In this document: positions 12,382-25,637 of the stretch, piece after piece | Layout of the letters: each line of letters opens with the position of its first letter | How positions within the stretch are numbered: position 1 is the first letter of the stretch | DNA from: Octopus bimaculoides | Lineage: Eukaryota | Length of the DNA: 64,000 nucleotides | Direction: 5' to 3' | NCBI RefSeq assembly: GCF_001194135.2 | Contig: NC_068986.1 | Span: 27,168,906-27,232,905 of the forward strand | Made by a program: the position numbers and the translations under genes | The notes under the pieces: model-generated | The model's input: only the letters and a program-made list of their open reading frames with translations | Databases searched by the model: none | What the model was told of the DNA's origin: nothing

Positions 12382-13667
12382 AAGTATACATAATCTGCAG
12401 TACTGATCTGATTTATCCAAGATGGTCATGGAACAAAAGTACTAGTGACAGACATGTGGTCAATAAGGTGGGCCTTTGTTTAAGACTTCAGCCTCTTGCA
12501 GTGTAATAAGAGAGACTTAGAAACTGGTGTTTCTGATTAAGCTATGGCATTTGGCATTTTGATGTCGATATATGGATATTCCAATTATATATGATTTCTT
12601 GTATCATCATATCAAATTTTCTGTCTGTTTCCTTTGGGCCCTTTTTTTTTTTTCATTTTATTTTATTTTATTCATTGTGTCTTAAAATATTTCTTTATCA
12701 CCACAAGAAACACAAAAAAACAAATGCTGAAAGAGAAATAGATAAATAAAATTGGAGTAGTATTGTATGGTGCTAGATATTTCCTACAGGCACTAATAAC
12801 CTTAAAAAGAAGAACAAAAAAGAATAAAATAATGCTATTTTGGCAGTAAATATTAAAGATATCAATTTGCTAAATATTTTTTTTTCCCTCTCAGTTATGC
12901 AGGATTGAACAACTTTTGAATCTCAATTCATGAAAGTTAATTTCAGAATTACACAGCTTCTGTCAAGAGACTGCAGGAGTCAGACTCTAGAAGAGAAGCA
13001 GAAGTGTCTACTGTTACTTATATGGTCACAGTAATTATTATTCAGCAGCATTTACTGACAGTCGGTGCTTTGGTATTGTTTTGCTCTGAGCAAATCAAAT
13101 CTTTAGTAAAAGATGCTCGAGGATTAAATGTATCTAGGATTAAATTATCCAATACATTTTTTTTCTAACAAAAATGTACAAAAAAAAAACAAAAACGAAG
13201 AAAAATGGTAGGGTATAATTTGAGGGATATTTATTTCCTACTTTTAGCAATTCAGGTGAATACTTCAGCCTGGAGGGTGAAAAACAGAGCATTTATATTG
13301 CACTGATGTCCTCAGAAAAAACTTCATGAACCAATATCTTCTCTTTCTGACCCCTTCTTCCAAATTTATCATCCATGTGAGAATGAAAAAGAGACCAGAA
13401 CTGGATGGTTCACAATATCTGCCTCAGTGACTCAGTGCTCTGGCTTCAAAGAATGGTGCAGGGTTAGCTTTGCTTTTCATTCTGCTGGGAATAATAAAAC
13501 AAATACCAGTAATATATTGTGCGAGCTGCATTTATTTCTAGCACTCTCTGTTTTAAAATTGGTCTTTTTGCTGTGTGAAGAGAAATCATCAGGTAATCAA
13601 ACCAGGTCTCTCTCTCCTCCACTCCATATAAATGGAGGTGGATGTTAAACAATGATGATGATAGTGA

Positions 13668-13717
<50 letters not shown>

Positions 13718-13931
13718 NNNNNNNNNNNNNNNNNNNNNNNNNNNNNNNNNNNNNNNNNNNNNNNNNNNNNNNNNNNNNNNNNNNNNNNNNNNNNNNNNNN
13801 NNNNNNNNNNNNNNNNNNNNNNNNNNNNNNNNNNNNNNNNNNNNNNNNNNNNNNNNNNNNNNNNNNNNNNNNNNNNNNNNNNNNNNNNNNNNNNNNNNNN
13901 NNNNNNNNNNNNNNNNNNNNNNNNNNNNNNN

Positions 13932-14004
13932 CCAATAGAGTTTCTCTCATGGTATCTACCACGGTATATTGTGGTAGATACCGTGATAGAAACTCTCATA
14001 TTGG
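13932..14004 (+). other. Near-perfect hairpin with a 60-nt core (13937-13996)
   Basis: AGAGTTTCT-c-TCAT-GGTATCTACCAC-GG-tata-TT-GTGGTAGATACC-GTGA-t-AGAAACTCT, plus basal CCAAT/ATTGG pairing. Confidence 0.85.
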
Positions 14005-14104
14005 CTTTTGGTCCTAACATTCATGTTTAAGTGGGCCTAAATGTTACCTTTCGGTATTAATATTGCCTCCGTCACTAATGTGTGTGTGTGTGTGTGTGTG
14101 TGTG

Positions 14105-14298
14105 CGTATCCATGTCGGTGACATGTAAAAGGTACCCATTACACTCTCAGAGTGGTTGGCATTAGGAAGGGCATCCAACTGTAGAAATAAAGCCAAAATC
14201 AGACTGGAACCTGGTGCAGTTCTCCAGCTTACCAGTTCCAGTCAAACTGTCTAACCCATACCAGCATGGAAAATGGGCGCTAAGTGATGATGATGATA
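14105..14298 (+). mobile_element. RTE-type LINE 3' end / family C non-autonomous element
   Basis: cacccattacactctc..ggcattaggaagggcatcc..aacccataccagcatggaaaatgg..gatgatgatgat tail; related copies at 47063-47515(-) and 63366-63470(-). The RTE assignment is from recall. Confidence 0.65.
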
Positions 14299-14311
14299 TA
14301 TTCACATATAT

Positions 14312-14670
14312 TGTTGTTGTTGGCACTCTGTCGGTTATGACATTGACGGTTCCAGTTAATCAGATCGTGAAATTAACATGCAAGTGGCTGAGCACTCCAC
14401 AGACACGTGTACCTTTAACGTAGTTCTCAGGGATATTCAGCGTGACACAGTGTGGCAAGGCTGACCCTTTGAATTACAGGCACAATAGAAACAGGAAGTA
14501 AGAGTGAGAGGAAGTTGTGGTGAAAGAGTACAGCAGGGTTTGCCACCACCCCCTGCCGGAGCCTCGTGGAGCTTTAGGTGTTTTCACTCAATAAACACTC
14601 ACAACACCTGGTCTGAGAATCCTATGACCACGAGTCCACTGCCCTAACCACTGGGCCATTGCGCCTCCAC
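14312..14670 (-). mobile_element. Near-full-length tRNA-derived SINE family D with 12-bp TSD
   Basis: Minus strand begins gtggaggcgcaatggcccagtggttagggcag (A-box/D-arm-like) and ends in a (CAA)n tail. Direct repeat ATTCACATATAT at 14300-14311 and 14671-14682. Confidence 0.85.
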
Positions 14671-14704
14671 ATTCACATATATGTATATATATATATATGA
14701 GAAA

Positions 14705-14920
14705 TAGAGATAAACACAAGTTTTTATAATTATGGTTGTTTGGAGCCCTGCAGTGGGTGTTCCAATTGTGATAGTCATCTGTAAGTTAATGCAATGAAGT
14801 GTTCCTTGATGATCTGACTAGTTGAGCATCAAAATGTACTTGGGACACTTACAGCAGGGCTCCAAACAACCATAAAGATGAAACACACATAGGAACTATA
14901 ATACAAACTTGGGTTTATCC
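14705..14920. mobile_element. Foldback/MITE-like inverted repeat element
   Basis: Perfect 21-bp IR TATGGTTGTTTGGAGCCCTGC (14731-14751 / 14854-14874), with imperfect outer IR (gataaacacaagttt / aaacttgggtttatc) and inner IR (gtgttccaa / ttgggacac). Confidence 0.65.
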
Positions 14921-15129
14921 TTATTTTTCCTACATTTGCTCCGTAGCTCATAACTGGTAATACCTCTCAGTATAACAGTTAGTTAATAGCTATATTGGAA
15001 GTAGACGGGATTATGATAATCCATATGGAGCTCTAAACATAACGGTGGCAGTTATAATCTATTTATATACACAATTTCTTTTATACATACACACACACAT
15101 ACACATGTATGTATGTATATAAGTATTAA

Positions 15130-15354
15130 CTCTTTTACTCTTTTACTTGTTTCAGTCATTTGACTGTGGCCATGCTGGAGCACCGCCTTTTAGTCGAGCA
15201 AATCAACCCCAGAACTTATTCTTTGTAAGCCTAGTACTTATTCTATCAGTCTCTTTTGCTGAACCGCTAAGTTACGGGGACGTAAACACACCAGCATCGG
15301 TTGTCAAGCGATGTTGGGTGGACAAACACAGACACACAAACATACACACGCACA

Positions 15355-15392
<38 letters not shown>

Positions 15393-15568
15393 CATACATA
15401 TATACGACGGGCTTCTTCCAGTTTCTGTCTACCAAATCCACTCACAAGGCTTTGGTCGGCCCGAGGCTATAGTAGAAGACACTTGCCCAAGGTGCCACGC
15501 AATGGGACTGAACCCGGAACCATGTGGTTGGTAAGCAAGCTACTTACCACACAGCCACTCCTATGCCT
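15130..15568 (-). mobile_element. Full-length young SINE family A1 (tRNA head, CORE-like domain, internal (TA)n)
   Basis: Few differences from the 57226-57660 copy. A-box TGGCTGTGTGG, B-box GGTTCAGTCCC, gcaccttgggcaagtg similar to the MIR CORE domain, (aagagta)n tail. Confidence 0.9.
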
Positions 15569-16619
15569 ATGTATGTATATATTCCTTGAGCATTAAGGCA
15601 ACAAACCTGCCAAATGTGGGTTTGTTTAAGATACTTTCCCCCCATTATTTGAAGAAGTTGTTGTTGTTGTTGTTGTTGGTGTTGGTGGTGGTGGTAGGGA
15701 TGTTACTTGTATCAGCAATGTGCATGATGATGGCAGTAGCAAGGAGGAGGAGCTGGAGAAATAATTTGATTTCCAACATCTTTCAACAGTGAAGCTGATC
15801 ACCAGGCGGTAGTAAATAATGGGAATTTTCAACCTGTGGAAGTCCATTGTTGAAAACTACACCTGTTGCTGAATAAGAGTTATGTTCCTCCCACCCATTT
15901 TCACCGCCATTACTAAAACAGAGAAAAAGGCTGGAATACAACATTGGACCAACCACATTCACTCACACACACACAATATGTGCGTGTGTGTGTGTGTTTG
16001 TGTACAATTTGTGAAATGCACCGAACTTTTCAAAATTCACAGCTTGTACCTCTAAAACTCTCTCAGGACACCTCCCAAAGTGCAATGAGTTTTAAGGCAA
16101 AGAAAGGGCAAGGGAGAGAGAGCTGGGATGGGGGTTGGAGGTCCGAAGGTTGCAATACATGGAGTGAATGGCTTAGTGGGAATGAGCTTGATATTATAGA
16201 AAAGAAAAAAGAAAAAAAGAAAATATGAAGGAAAAGAAAACAAAAAAGGTTTAGTAACACCCCATGAAGCTGTTAAATAGATGCTGTTCGACAGTCTTCA
16301 AAGTAATGTTTCACCAGAGTGTATGAACCCAAACTGTCAAACTTCTCTCTCTGTTGTAATTGTAAATATTTATCACTCTATATGCTTCTCGCTGTTATCT
16401 ACTGCTCCCCCGCCTTCACTGGTGGTGGAATGGTGGAATGTACGAAACTCTTTTCAAGCATCTGCACTGTCAAATGCATTTACCTTGAGACCTGATGGAA
16501 TTTCTCATTTGAGCCGAAGTGCTGAAGGAAATGGTGTTTGAATATGTGATTTATAGAAGTGCTGAGACAATTCAAGTGGCAACACAGTAATTTGATATGA
16601 ATTCTTGGTGGTAGTTTCT

Positions 16620-16642
16620 TATATTTACTCTTTCTCTTTCTC

Positions 16643-16696
<54 letters not shown>

Positions 16697-16822
16697 TTGT
16701 GTTAAATATTTTCCTCTCTCTATCACCCTCCTCCTTTCTGCTATCACACATTCTCTCTCTTTCATATTTTCATTCTCAGTTTCCGTCTGTTTCATAGTTT
16801 CTCTTGTCCTTCTCTTCTGACA

Positions 16823-16857
<35 letters not shown>

Positions 16858-16870
16858 ATCTCTCTCTCTT

Positions 16871-16926
<56 letters not shown>

Positions 16927-17350
16927 AAGCATTTTCTGTATTTCTATCATACCTACCTCTCTCTGCCACTCACACACAACCTGTATCATCTCTTTCTGTA
17001 CTTACCATTCCTTAATGCATACAACTTCTCCCTACTTCTGATTCTCACATTATCTCTCTATCCCCCACTTCCTCCCTCTCACACACATACACAAAGCTGT
17101 TTCTCTCTCTTTCACATACAATCTCTTTCTGTTTCTCTCCTCTGACAATCACTATTTCTCATTCATATACAGTTGCTCTCTCTTTCTCTCTCATTCTTTC
17201 ACAATTTCTGTGTATCATACTTTCTCTCTCTCACATACAATCTCTCTCTCACATACAATCTCTCTCTCACATACAATCTCTCTCTCACATACAATCTCTC
17301 TGACTCTCTCTCACACATACACTCTCTCTCTCTTACGAACAGTCTCTCTC
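16620..17350. repeat. CT-rich microsatellite block including an 18-bp minisatellite (tctctctctcacatacaa x4, ~17222-17295)
   Basis: Directly visible tandem repeats. Confidence 0.85.
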
Positions 17351-17864
17351 TCTCTCCCTCTACCTCTTACAAACAATTTCTCTCCCTCACCCACTCTTAC
17401 ATACACTTTCTCCCCTTCCCCCACCCCCATATTCTCCACCCCCACTCTTCTATTTGTGCTGCTTATATCTATGTACACCTAATACAATAATCAGTCAATA
17501 AAATGACATAACCTGTATTCACCTGTATATACTGTGTTGTTTGTCCAGTTATGGAAATAATTATTTGCATAGTAGGTGGTTCTTACAATGTGTTCTGGTT
17601 GCCAACCTGTACACACTGGAATGCTCACATGCATTTACATGAATATCTGCACTCAGTATCTTCTGCATGCACAATAAAACTGAACTTTATGCCACGCCAT
17701 CGCATTATTCATTCCCTTTTGTCACTCATGAAAAATTAATTTTGTTTATGAAGTTTAATTTGTGTGCATGTGCTTGTGTGCTTGACTGTATGTGCAGGTT
17801 CGTGTGCTTGTGTGCTTACCTGTATGTGCATGCACAAATGGGTGTGAGGGGAAATTGAGAGATC

Positions 17865-17899
<35 letters not shown>

Positions 17900-17903
<4 letters not shown>

Positions 17904-18122
17904 ATAAATACTTCTCTTCTTGCGTATGCATATGTGCACTTGTATGTATATTATGCATTGCATATGTGTTTATATATAAATGTGTGTGTGTGTGTATATA
18001 TATATATGTGAGAATACTTCTCTTCTTGTTTATGTGTATGACCACTTGTATGTATATTATGCATTGCATGTGTTTATATATATATATAAATGTTTGTGTA
18101 TGTATGTATGTATATGTATATC

Positions 18123-18154
<32 letters not shown>

Positions 18155-18250
18155 TACATATATATATAAATACATGTGAGAATGCTTCTCTTCTTGTTCA
18201 TGCGTATGACCACTTGTATGTGCATTATGCGTATGTGTGTGTATGTGTAT
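17900..18250. repeat. Three diverged tandem copies of a ~100-170-bp unit
   Basis: atacttctcttcttg..atgaccacttgtatg..attatgc recurs near 17907, 18012 and 18180. Confidence 0.75.
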
Positions 18251-18995
18251 ATCTGTATGTATGAATAAAAGACTCTATGTTTGTATCTGAGCACACATCT
18301 TTCAGTTATATATATATATACATGCACTCACTTTTGTTTGTGTGTCCATGTCTATGTGTGCATCTGTGTGTGTCAGTGTGTCTATATGAAGATTCCCTAA
18401 AACACATTATCTTTGCAAATAAGATTAACTTCTCCTGTGATATTTCCTGCCTGTATTTGTTTCCCTTCATTTCTCTTTCATCAAAATAGTTAGTCTTTCA
18501 TTATATATGGAACTCCTTTATTAATGACATAACAGAATACTTGTCATTTTAGTGCTCATAAATCTTACCTACGGTTATTGTTTTGCTTTTTTTTGTGCCC
18601 CCCCCCCCGCTCCCATTTCCTCGTGTATTGTTGATGCTAATGTTGTTGTTGATGTTAATAATTTTTACTGTAGTTATTATTATTATTACGAAATAAAGAA
18701 ATCAAGAAAACATTATCGTTAGCATTATTCTGATGTTTTGATAAATTTTTTAACTACTTGTTTGTTTGCTTGTGTGTATATATTTGTGTTTGTTTGTCTC
18801 GCGTGTGCTAGAGAGAGAGAGAGAGAAAGTTGTAAATTGGAAATGTGGATATTTAAATTGGATATGTTATACTGAAAAACTGAATGCATGCACATATATA
18901 TGTATATGTGTGTGTGTGTGTTTATATATATATATGTATATATCTGTGGTGCGGATATATATATATTTATGTGCATATATATATATATATATTTA

Positions 18996-19031
<36 letters not shown>

Positions 19032-20339
19032 NNNNNNNNNNNNNNNNNNNNNNNNNNNNNNNNNNNNNNNNNNNNNNNNNNNNNNNNNNNNNNNNNNNNN
19101 NNNNNNNNNNNNNNNNNNNNNNNNNNNNNNNNNNNNNNNNNNNNNNNNNNNNNNNNNTTTCAATGATAATTTACTTTTCGCTGATCTACATCTTGAGAGT
19201 TTATTGCAAAACATAAGTTGGCGCAGAAACGTTTAGGGGCCCTATATTGGCTTTGCTTATCATTTTAAGAATTGTGCAACTAAATATATTAGAGGGTTTG
19301 CTAATCTGTTTCTCCTCATTCTCTCCTTACAATTTTCTTTTTCTTTTCTTTCCCTTCCTCGTGACTGCTGCTGATGCTGCTACTACTACTAACAACAACA
19401 ACAGCAACAACTCTGTGCTGTCAAAAATGACTGCCATTTCTATTCAAGCTTCAGTTTGAATTTCCGATTCCTTGGATGAATTTTTCCCTATAGTTATAAA
19501 AAAAACAAACAAACACTAAAAAAAACCTAACTCTCCCCACTTCACCCCTTGATTTTTTTTTTTTTAATATAATCTTTGTTTTAAACTTGTACTTTCTTTC
19601 CATTGGTGATGTAAAAAATTCACCAATTATTGTGACTATTCTATGATAATATATTGAAATTTTTCCAAAAATTTTCTCTTTGTTTGTATAGAAATATAAA
19701 TATCTTATTTAATTAAAGTTGAATTACAAAAAAAAAACCAAACGAAAAAACTCAAAGCAAAAACAAAAAAAAAACAAACTAAAAGTAAACTTTGCATGGC
19801 AGGATTATTTTTCCCTGCTAGACGATACAACATCAGTCTTTGCTGGGACTTTACCCAACAGCATACGGATACACCATGTATACTATTATATGAAATCATT
19901 TATAAAAGCAATCATGCTCATCATTAATATAAATACTTCAGAATCATTATTACACTGAATGATTTACATTCCTTCTTTGAATTGGTAAAATGCATGTACC
20001 AGTAATGTGCTGAAGTCAAAGCTTTCAACTAAGCTCTTGTCTGTATGTGTATTTGATAGATATATACATGCATAGATGCTTTGTCTCAGTTGACCATGCG
20101 CACATCACTGCTTCCTCCAGAGTGTTACAATTAAAATATCATGCATTGCTCCTGTTTTTCTTCAGCTTTATATTTCACACTGCTTTTCTTTGTCTGCCTA
20201 TCTGTCACTCTCACAAACACACTCTCTCTCCTCCTTCTCTTTCTCTCTATTTTGTCTTTCTCACTTTCTTACATATCTCTTAATCACTTTTGTGTTCTCC
20301 CTGCTTTCCCTCTTACTTATACTTTTGTTTCTGTCTTTC

Positions 20340-20362
20340 CTGCTACGTATTCTTCCAGTCTC

Positions 20363-20394
<32 letters not shown>

Positions 20395-20421
20395 CCTCTC
20401 TCCCTCTCTTTCCCTCTCTCC

Positions 20422-20470
<49 letters not shown>

Positions 20471-20529
20471 CTCTCTCTCTCTCTCCACTCATTTCTATCT
20501 CTTTTTCTTTCTTCTGTCCTTGCTTCCCT

Positions 20530-20572
<43 letters not shown>
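20340..20572. repeat. (CT)n microsatellite block
   Basis: Directly visible; explains the Leu/Ser-repeat ORFs. Confidence 0.95.
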
Positions 20573-20574
<2 letters not shown>

Positions 20575-22479
20575 GTTTGCTGTTGAAAAATAACTCTTCA
20601 CATTGTAAAGACTTCTGCTATCTACTGAAGTAAACCTTCAGTCAGGATATTAAGGCTGTACTCTTGACATTCTCAGGAACTGCGTATCTCATTTTGACAG
20701 CTAACAATTTTTGAAGCTATATTGTAATAAGTTTTTGATCTATTACATCCTGTAGGGCATTGAAAAATGCCTTTAGGTTTCTCACATGATGTCTTCGGTG
20801 TTAATTTCAATGTTAAGAACATGATTAAACTTTTCAGATACATTTTATTTTAAATTTAAAATGTATGAAGAAATGGCAATAAATAAATGAATAAAGAAAC
20901 AAACAAACAAAATGCATTGCAATTGAAGAAAAACACAAGCATTTGTTTGTTGACATGAAATTTTTGTTAGAAGTCTTTTAGAAGATTATATAGATTACAT
21001 CTTAAGAAAAATATGATAGAATTTAATAATTTTATTAGCCTTAAGAGAAAATATTCCTAGCCTTGCTTTGAAGCAAAAGTTTGTATTGTACAACCCTCCG
21101 GGGGAACATGTAGGTGCATGTGACAAAGAGAAAAGGATTGCAATTTCAACTTTGTTGGGTTTCATCAGATTAAGTTTGAAATATACATATTCTCTTGGTT
21201 AATACACTGTTATTCAGAAGTCTCTTTTGCATTTACATTGTCATCATTTAATGTCCACTTCCCCATGCTTGCATGAGCCAGACATATAGAATTTTTTATT
21301 CTGTTGTTTTTGTTTTGATATGTTTTTAATGTCGCCGTTTGCTATTTTGCTGTGGATGCCTTTTGATACTGTTTTACTTATGTTAGAAACATGTCATTAT
21401 CAAAGGATGCAAGGATACTTATTCTACCAAAAAAATATTCATGTTCTCATACTAACTTTATATGTCTTTCTTTATTGAATGAGTCAGTTAACTTTTTGGG
21501 ATAAAGGGACACAATTAAGCTTACCTGTGCATGAAGACATGCACGTGTGTGTGTGTGGTTGTGTTTGCACACGTTTTGTCTTTGTATCGACATCAGTTTG
21601 ACAATGTGTCATTGTTTATGTCTCCCATAAACAAAATGTCTGATAGTGGTGAGAAATATGAATATGTTGGGATAAAGCGCCTTAGTTGAAAACAAATAAG
21701 GTTTGTGTCAGGAAGGGTATCTGGTCATAGAATATTGCCCCCAAAAGAGTACTGTCCCGACAATGCTGGCATGGAAAAAGCAGATGTAAAAATGAGGATG
21801 ACAATAACAGCTCCCCCACCTCCACAAATTGTGTGAGCTTTCTGTCTGTTTTTGATTCACAAAGCAATGATCAATCCAAGCCTTATGGTAAAAGACTCTG
21901 ACCCAAAGTGCCATACTTTGCGATCAAACCAAGAACCATTTAAATGAAAACTTCTTAAGCCCATTGTTTATACTTCGATATTTAATTCTTCACTTTGATG
22001 TTACATGATTTTATAACTGGCTTAATCCATTATATTATTTCTGCCACATTTCATTGAATATATTTTCTATCTTCTGTCAGGTGTTATATTTCTCATTTAT
22101 AATGTATTATTTCGATTAGATTATCACCGGATCTGTAATCCTTTATGTCAGTTCATAGATGCTAAGGATCTTATCCACTAGGCCACAGTTCTGTAAGAAT
22201 GTTAAACCTAGAATGTCAAAAAAGATGTAAGAAGTTTGTTCTTAGCTGAAAGAAACTTTTGTTAGTGTTACTGAAAGAGACAGAATATAGAGAGTACATG
22301 GCATCAGTGCCTAGAGATGATGTTGCTGTAGTGACAGTAGAAATGGTGAGAGATTACGAGGCAGCTGTATGGTAGAGATAAGGTGTCAAAGAAAACAAAG
22401 GCATCAAAACTGATGAACATTTTAAGACCATACATGTGTGTGTATATCTCTCTCTCTATCTATCTATCTATACATATAT

Positions 22480-22605
22480 GCAGGAGTGGCTGTATGGTAA
22501 GTAGCTTGCATACCAACCTCATGGTTCTGGATTCCGTCCCACTGTGTGGCGCCTTGGGAAAGTGTCTTCTACTATAGCCTCGGGCTGACCAAAGCCTTGT
22601 GAAGT
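22480..22605 (+). mobile_element. SINE family A, 3'-truncated
   Basis: gcaggagtggctgtatggtaagtagcttgc..ccttgggaaagtgtcttctactatagcctcgggctgaccaaagccttgtg. Confidence 0.85.
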
Positions 22606-22886
22606 GTTTTTAGTTTTCAAGATATTGTAGATGTTTGAACCAGTACCCCTTACCTTGTTACACAAAATTAACCTTCATCCTACTTTAACACGTGTACTTG
22701 AAAAGTAGCTAAATAAATTTTCAAAAGTCCAGTGAATCTTTTCTATTGAATTTGCATAGGAAACATTATTATATCCCTTTTCCTTATTAACTAGACATAA
22801 CATTAAATTGGTTAACAGACTTCCAGTTGTTTGCAGAACAAGAGGCTGTACCCTTATCACTCTGTCCTTTACTACTCCCCCCCCCT

Positions 22887-22917
<31 letters not shown>

Positions 22918-23594
22918 TTACTTATATGCCTGTATGTGTTACAGTATGACACCAGAAGACCACTCGAGTATATTCCATTCAGGATGTCATAATTCCCGCA
23001 CAAAAAGATGCGAATAATAGTTTATCAAATGTTCACTGTTGTCGTAATCCCTCACCTTAGAAATACAGAAATGTAGTCATTCAATAAAAGTAATAATCTA
23101 TAACTAGAAACAGCATTGATACTGACATTGTAGCTGGGAACTTGATCATTTGTTTATGCGTGTTGGCTTGTATAAATATTCATATTGATAATCTGAATTG
23201 TGCCATAGAAACAGTTTCACAAAAGGTGGGATGGCCAGTGGTGTGTATGTGTGTGTGTGTGTGTGTGTTTGTGTTTGGTGTACAGATTAGTTTATCTATC
23301 AAAGTTCACATTGACTAGCTCTGCTAATCTTTCAGAGTTCTTATTTTCTATTTATTCATTGTGTGTGTGTGTGTTTGTATAACGTGTGTAAGTCAATAAG
23401 GTTTATCAAGTGTATGTAAAGCAGAGAATGAGGCAAAGGTGGGTGGCAATAAATCAATCACACAGCTGTTCTAGTTTATCGTCAGTGGAGGCTTGATAGC
23501 TTGTAACTTCCCAGATATGAAGATTTAGTTAATAATCAACTTTGCTTATAAAGGTGCAGTTTACTCATCCGATATGATATCATATCGCAACTGA

Positions 23595-23686
<92 letters not shown>

Positions 23687-24169
23687 GTATTCAATTTTGA
23701 TATCATGTGTATGTATATTATATTACATATGTATGGCTCCTTGACATTTTAGTAGCATTTCAGTTGATGAAATACAAAGTCTCTGACACCCCATTCCTTT
23801 GTTTATGATAAGTGAACTGATTACGTGGCATTTTATGGTTTGTTTATTTTAAGGTGGAGGCAGTTTTGTATTAGGAAGCTTTTGTTATGAGGCCTTGTTC
23901 CATTGATTGCCATTGACACTTATTATCGCTTGAAATTTACCACTCAAATTAACTTGTGATCTCTTCTAGTTTGAAAACATATTTAAAGGAAAAACAGACA
24001 TACAGGCCATTGGCTAGGACTGAGGATAGTGTTGTGCCATTTGATGTACTAATTGTAGTTCATGATGTTTTGAGATCTAAATCTACCTCAGTGTTGTGTG
24101 TAGAGAGAATGTATTATCTTAGTAAACACACGTATACCACCACTACAATTACTTATAGGTGCCTTTAAT

Positions 24170-24300
24170 AGTTTCTAATTTAGGCACAAGGCCAGCAGTT
24201 TTGAGGGAAAGGGCTAAGTCAGTGTCATCGGGTCCCAGTACTTGACAGGTGCTTTATTTTATTGGCCCTGAAAGGATGAAAGACAAAAACTGACCATGAC
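24170..24300 (-). mobile_element. SINE family B fragment
   Basis: Reverse complement of the tttgcctttcatcctttc..gtacc domain and the ggccttgtgcctaaattagaaac tail. Confidence 0.7.
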
Positions 24301-25637
24301 TAGATTTGGATGCCTTTAATGAAGTGTACTCTGCTGCAAGTATTTTGGGCATGCTTCTGGTTTGAGGATAGCTACTAACTACCCACTAGTTTGTGTGACC
24401 CTGATAGCCTGTCCTTTTGTCTCTGATCCAGATAGAAAATAGTGACAAAAATAAAATGTCTGTATGTGTTTCCGAGGGCATGGAAACCTCTCTTTTGGCA
24501 GTACCATAATAAAATGCATCTAGTACATTTTATATAGGGGGTGGTGATAGGAAGGACATCCAGCCATAGAAATGAAACCAGAAATAAAATGTTCAAACAA
24601 GACATGGTCCTCTGACCTGTGTATGAAGACAGTGATACCAACTAAGAATTAACTTTACACTGTGATGATCCAACTAAATCATTTCAGCATTGAAAATAAA
24701 CTGATGATGATGATGATGGTGATGAGGAGGATGATGATGAGGAGGAGGAGGAGGGAGAGGAAACTTATGATATTGTGTGTGTAGTCCATATCATGGGAAA
24801 CGGCTCAATAATACAATATTACTTTGACAGTGTTATGCACACTTATACACATCCAAATGCGTATTGCACATTTGCATGCATGGTGCACACATACACATAT
24901 TATACAGTGATAAACATCACATAATCTTACACATCACATATTCAAGTGCACAACCTTGAGATAACTTCAAGAATGCAATGGTTTAAAAGAATGTATTTGT
25001 AGATCTCAGTGCCAGAAATAGTTTCAAATTAGTTTATGGAACTCATTTTGGTTGTAAATATTTTCGATGTGTTGCTGATGGTGGTAGTGAGGTGGTATAT
25101 AGGTTCAAATGGATTTAATGTTTTCCTAAGTTAACCAGTTTAGTTCACGTCAAACAAATAAGAATTAAAAAGAAGAAATTTTTCTGAGAAAATCTGAATA
25201 TTCCATTTTGAGATTGAATGTCTTTGATCTATTCATACTCTTTTAAAATGAAAGAAAGAAAGAAAGAAAAAATTTCGTGTCCTATAGAAAATAATTGTGT
25301 GTGAAGTGTTCATGTTAAAATGTTGTTTTCTATAATCTTTTGTGAACATAGGTAGTTTGCATGTGATAAGTTATTGTACACTATTGCATTATTTTGTCAC
25401 ATTCAAGTGGATGCCAGTTGAGTTTGTAAATTATGGAATGCAGTGGGGAGAGGAGAGAAAAGTCTTGGTGCAGGTGGGAGTGAAGGAAGAATTTGAAATA
25501 AGACGAAAGAAAATAAATGGCATCCATAGTTTGCTTTTTGTATAAATGATCATGACTTCACCTTAAATAGTTAACTATTTTATGGTTGAGTGCGTGTGTT
25601 TTGTCATGTAGGGTTTTACTACTTTTAGCAGCAGTGT

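Noticed and set aside
15147-15596. 149-aa ORF (and 57121-57485 ORFs)
   Set aside because: Lies within SINE A1; not a gene.
16605-20633. Leu/Ser, His/Thr, Ile/Tyr and Cys/Val repeat ORFs
   Set aside because: Translations of dinucleotide microsatellites.
22095-22190. Minus-strand TGGCCTAGTGG A-box-like word followed by CTGACA..stem..CGAAA, a possible second hammerhead
   Set aside because: The core deviates from CUGANGA and I cannot form stems I and III; at most a decayed relic.
23570-23587. Perfect 18-bp palindrome CGATATGATATCATATCG
   Set aside because: A palindrome of this size is expected by chance in 64 kb of AT-rich DNA.
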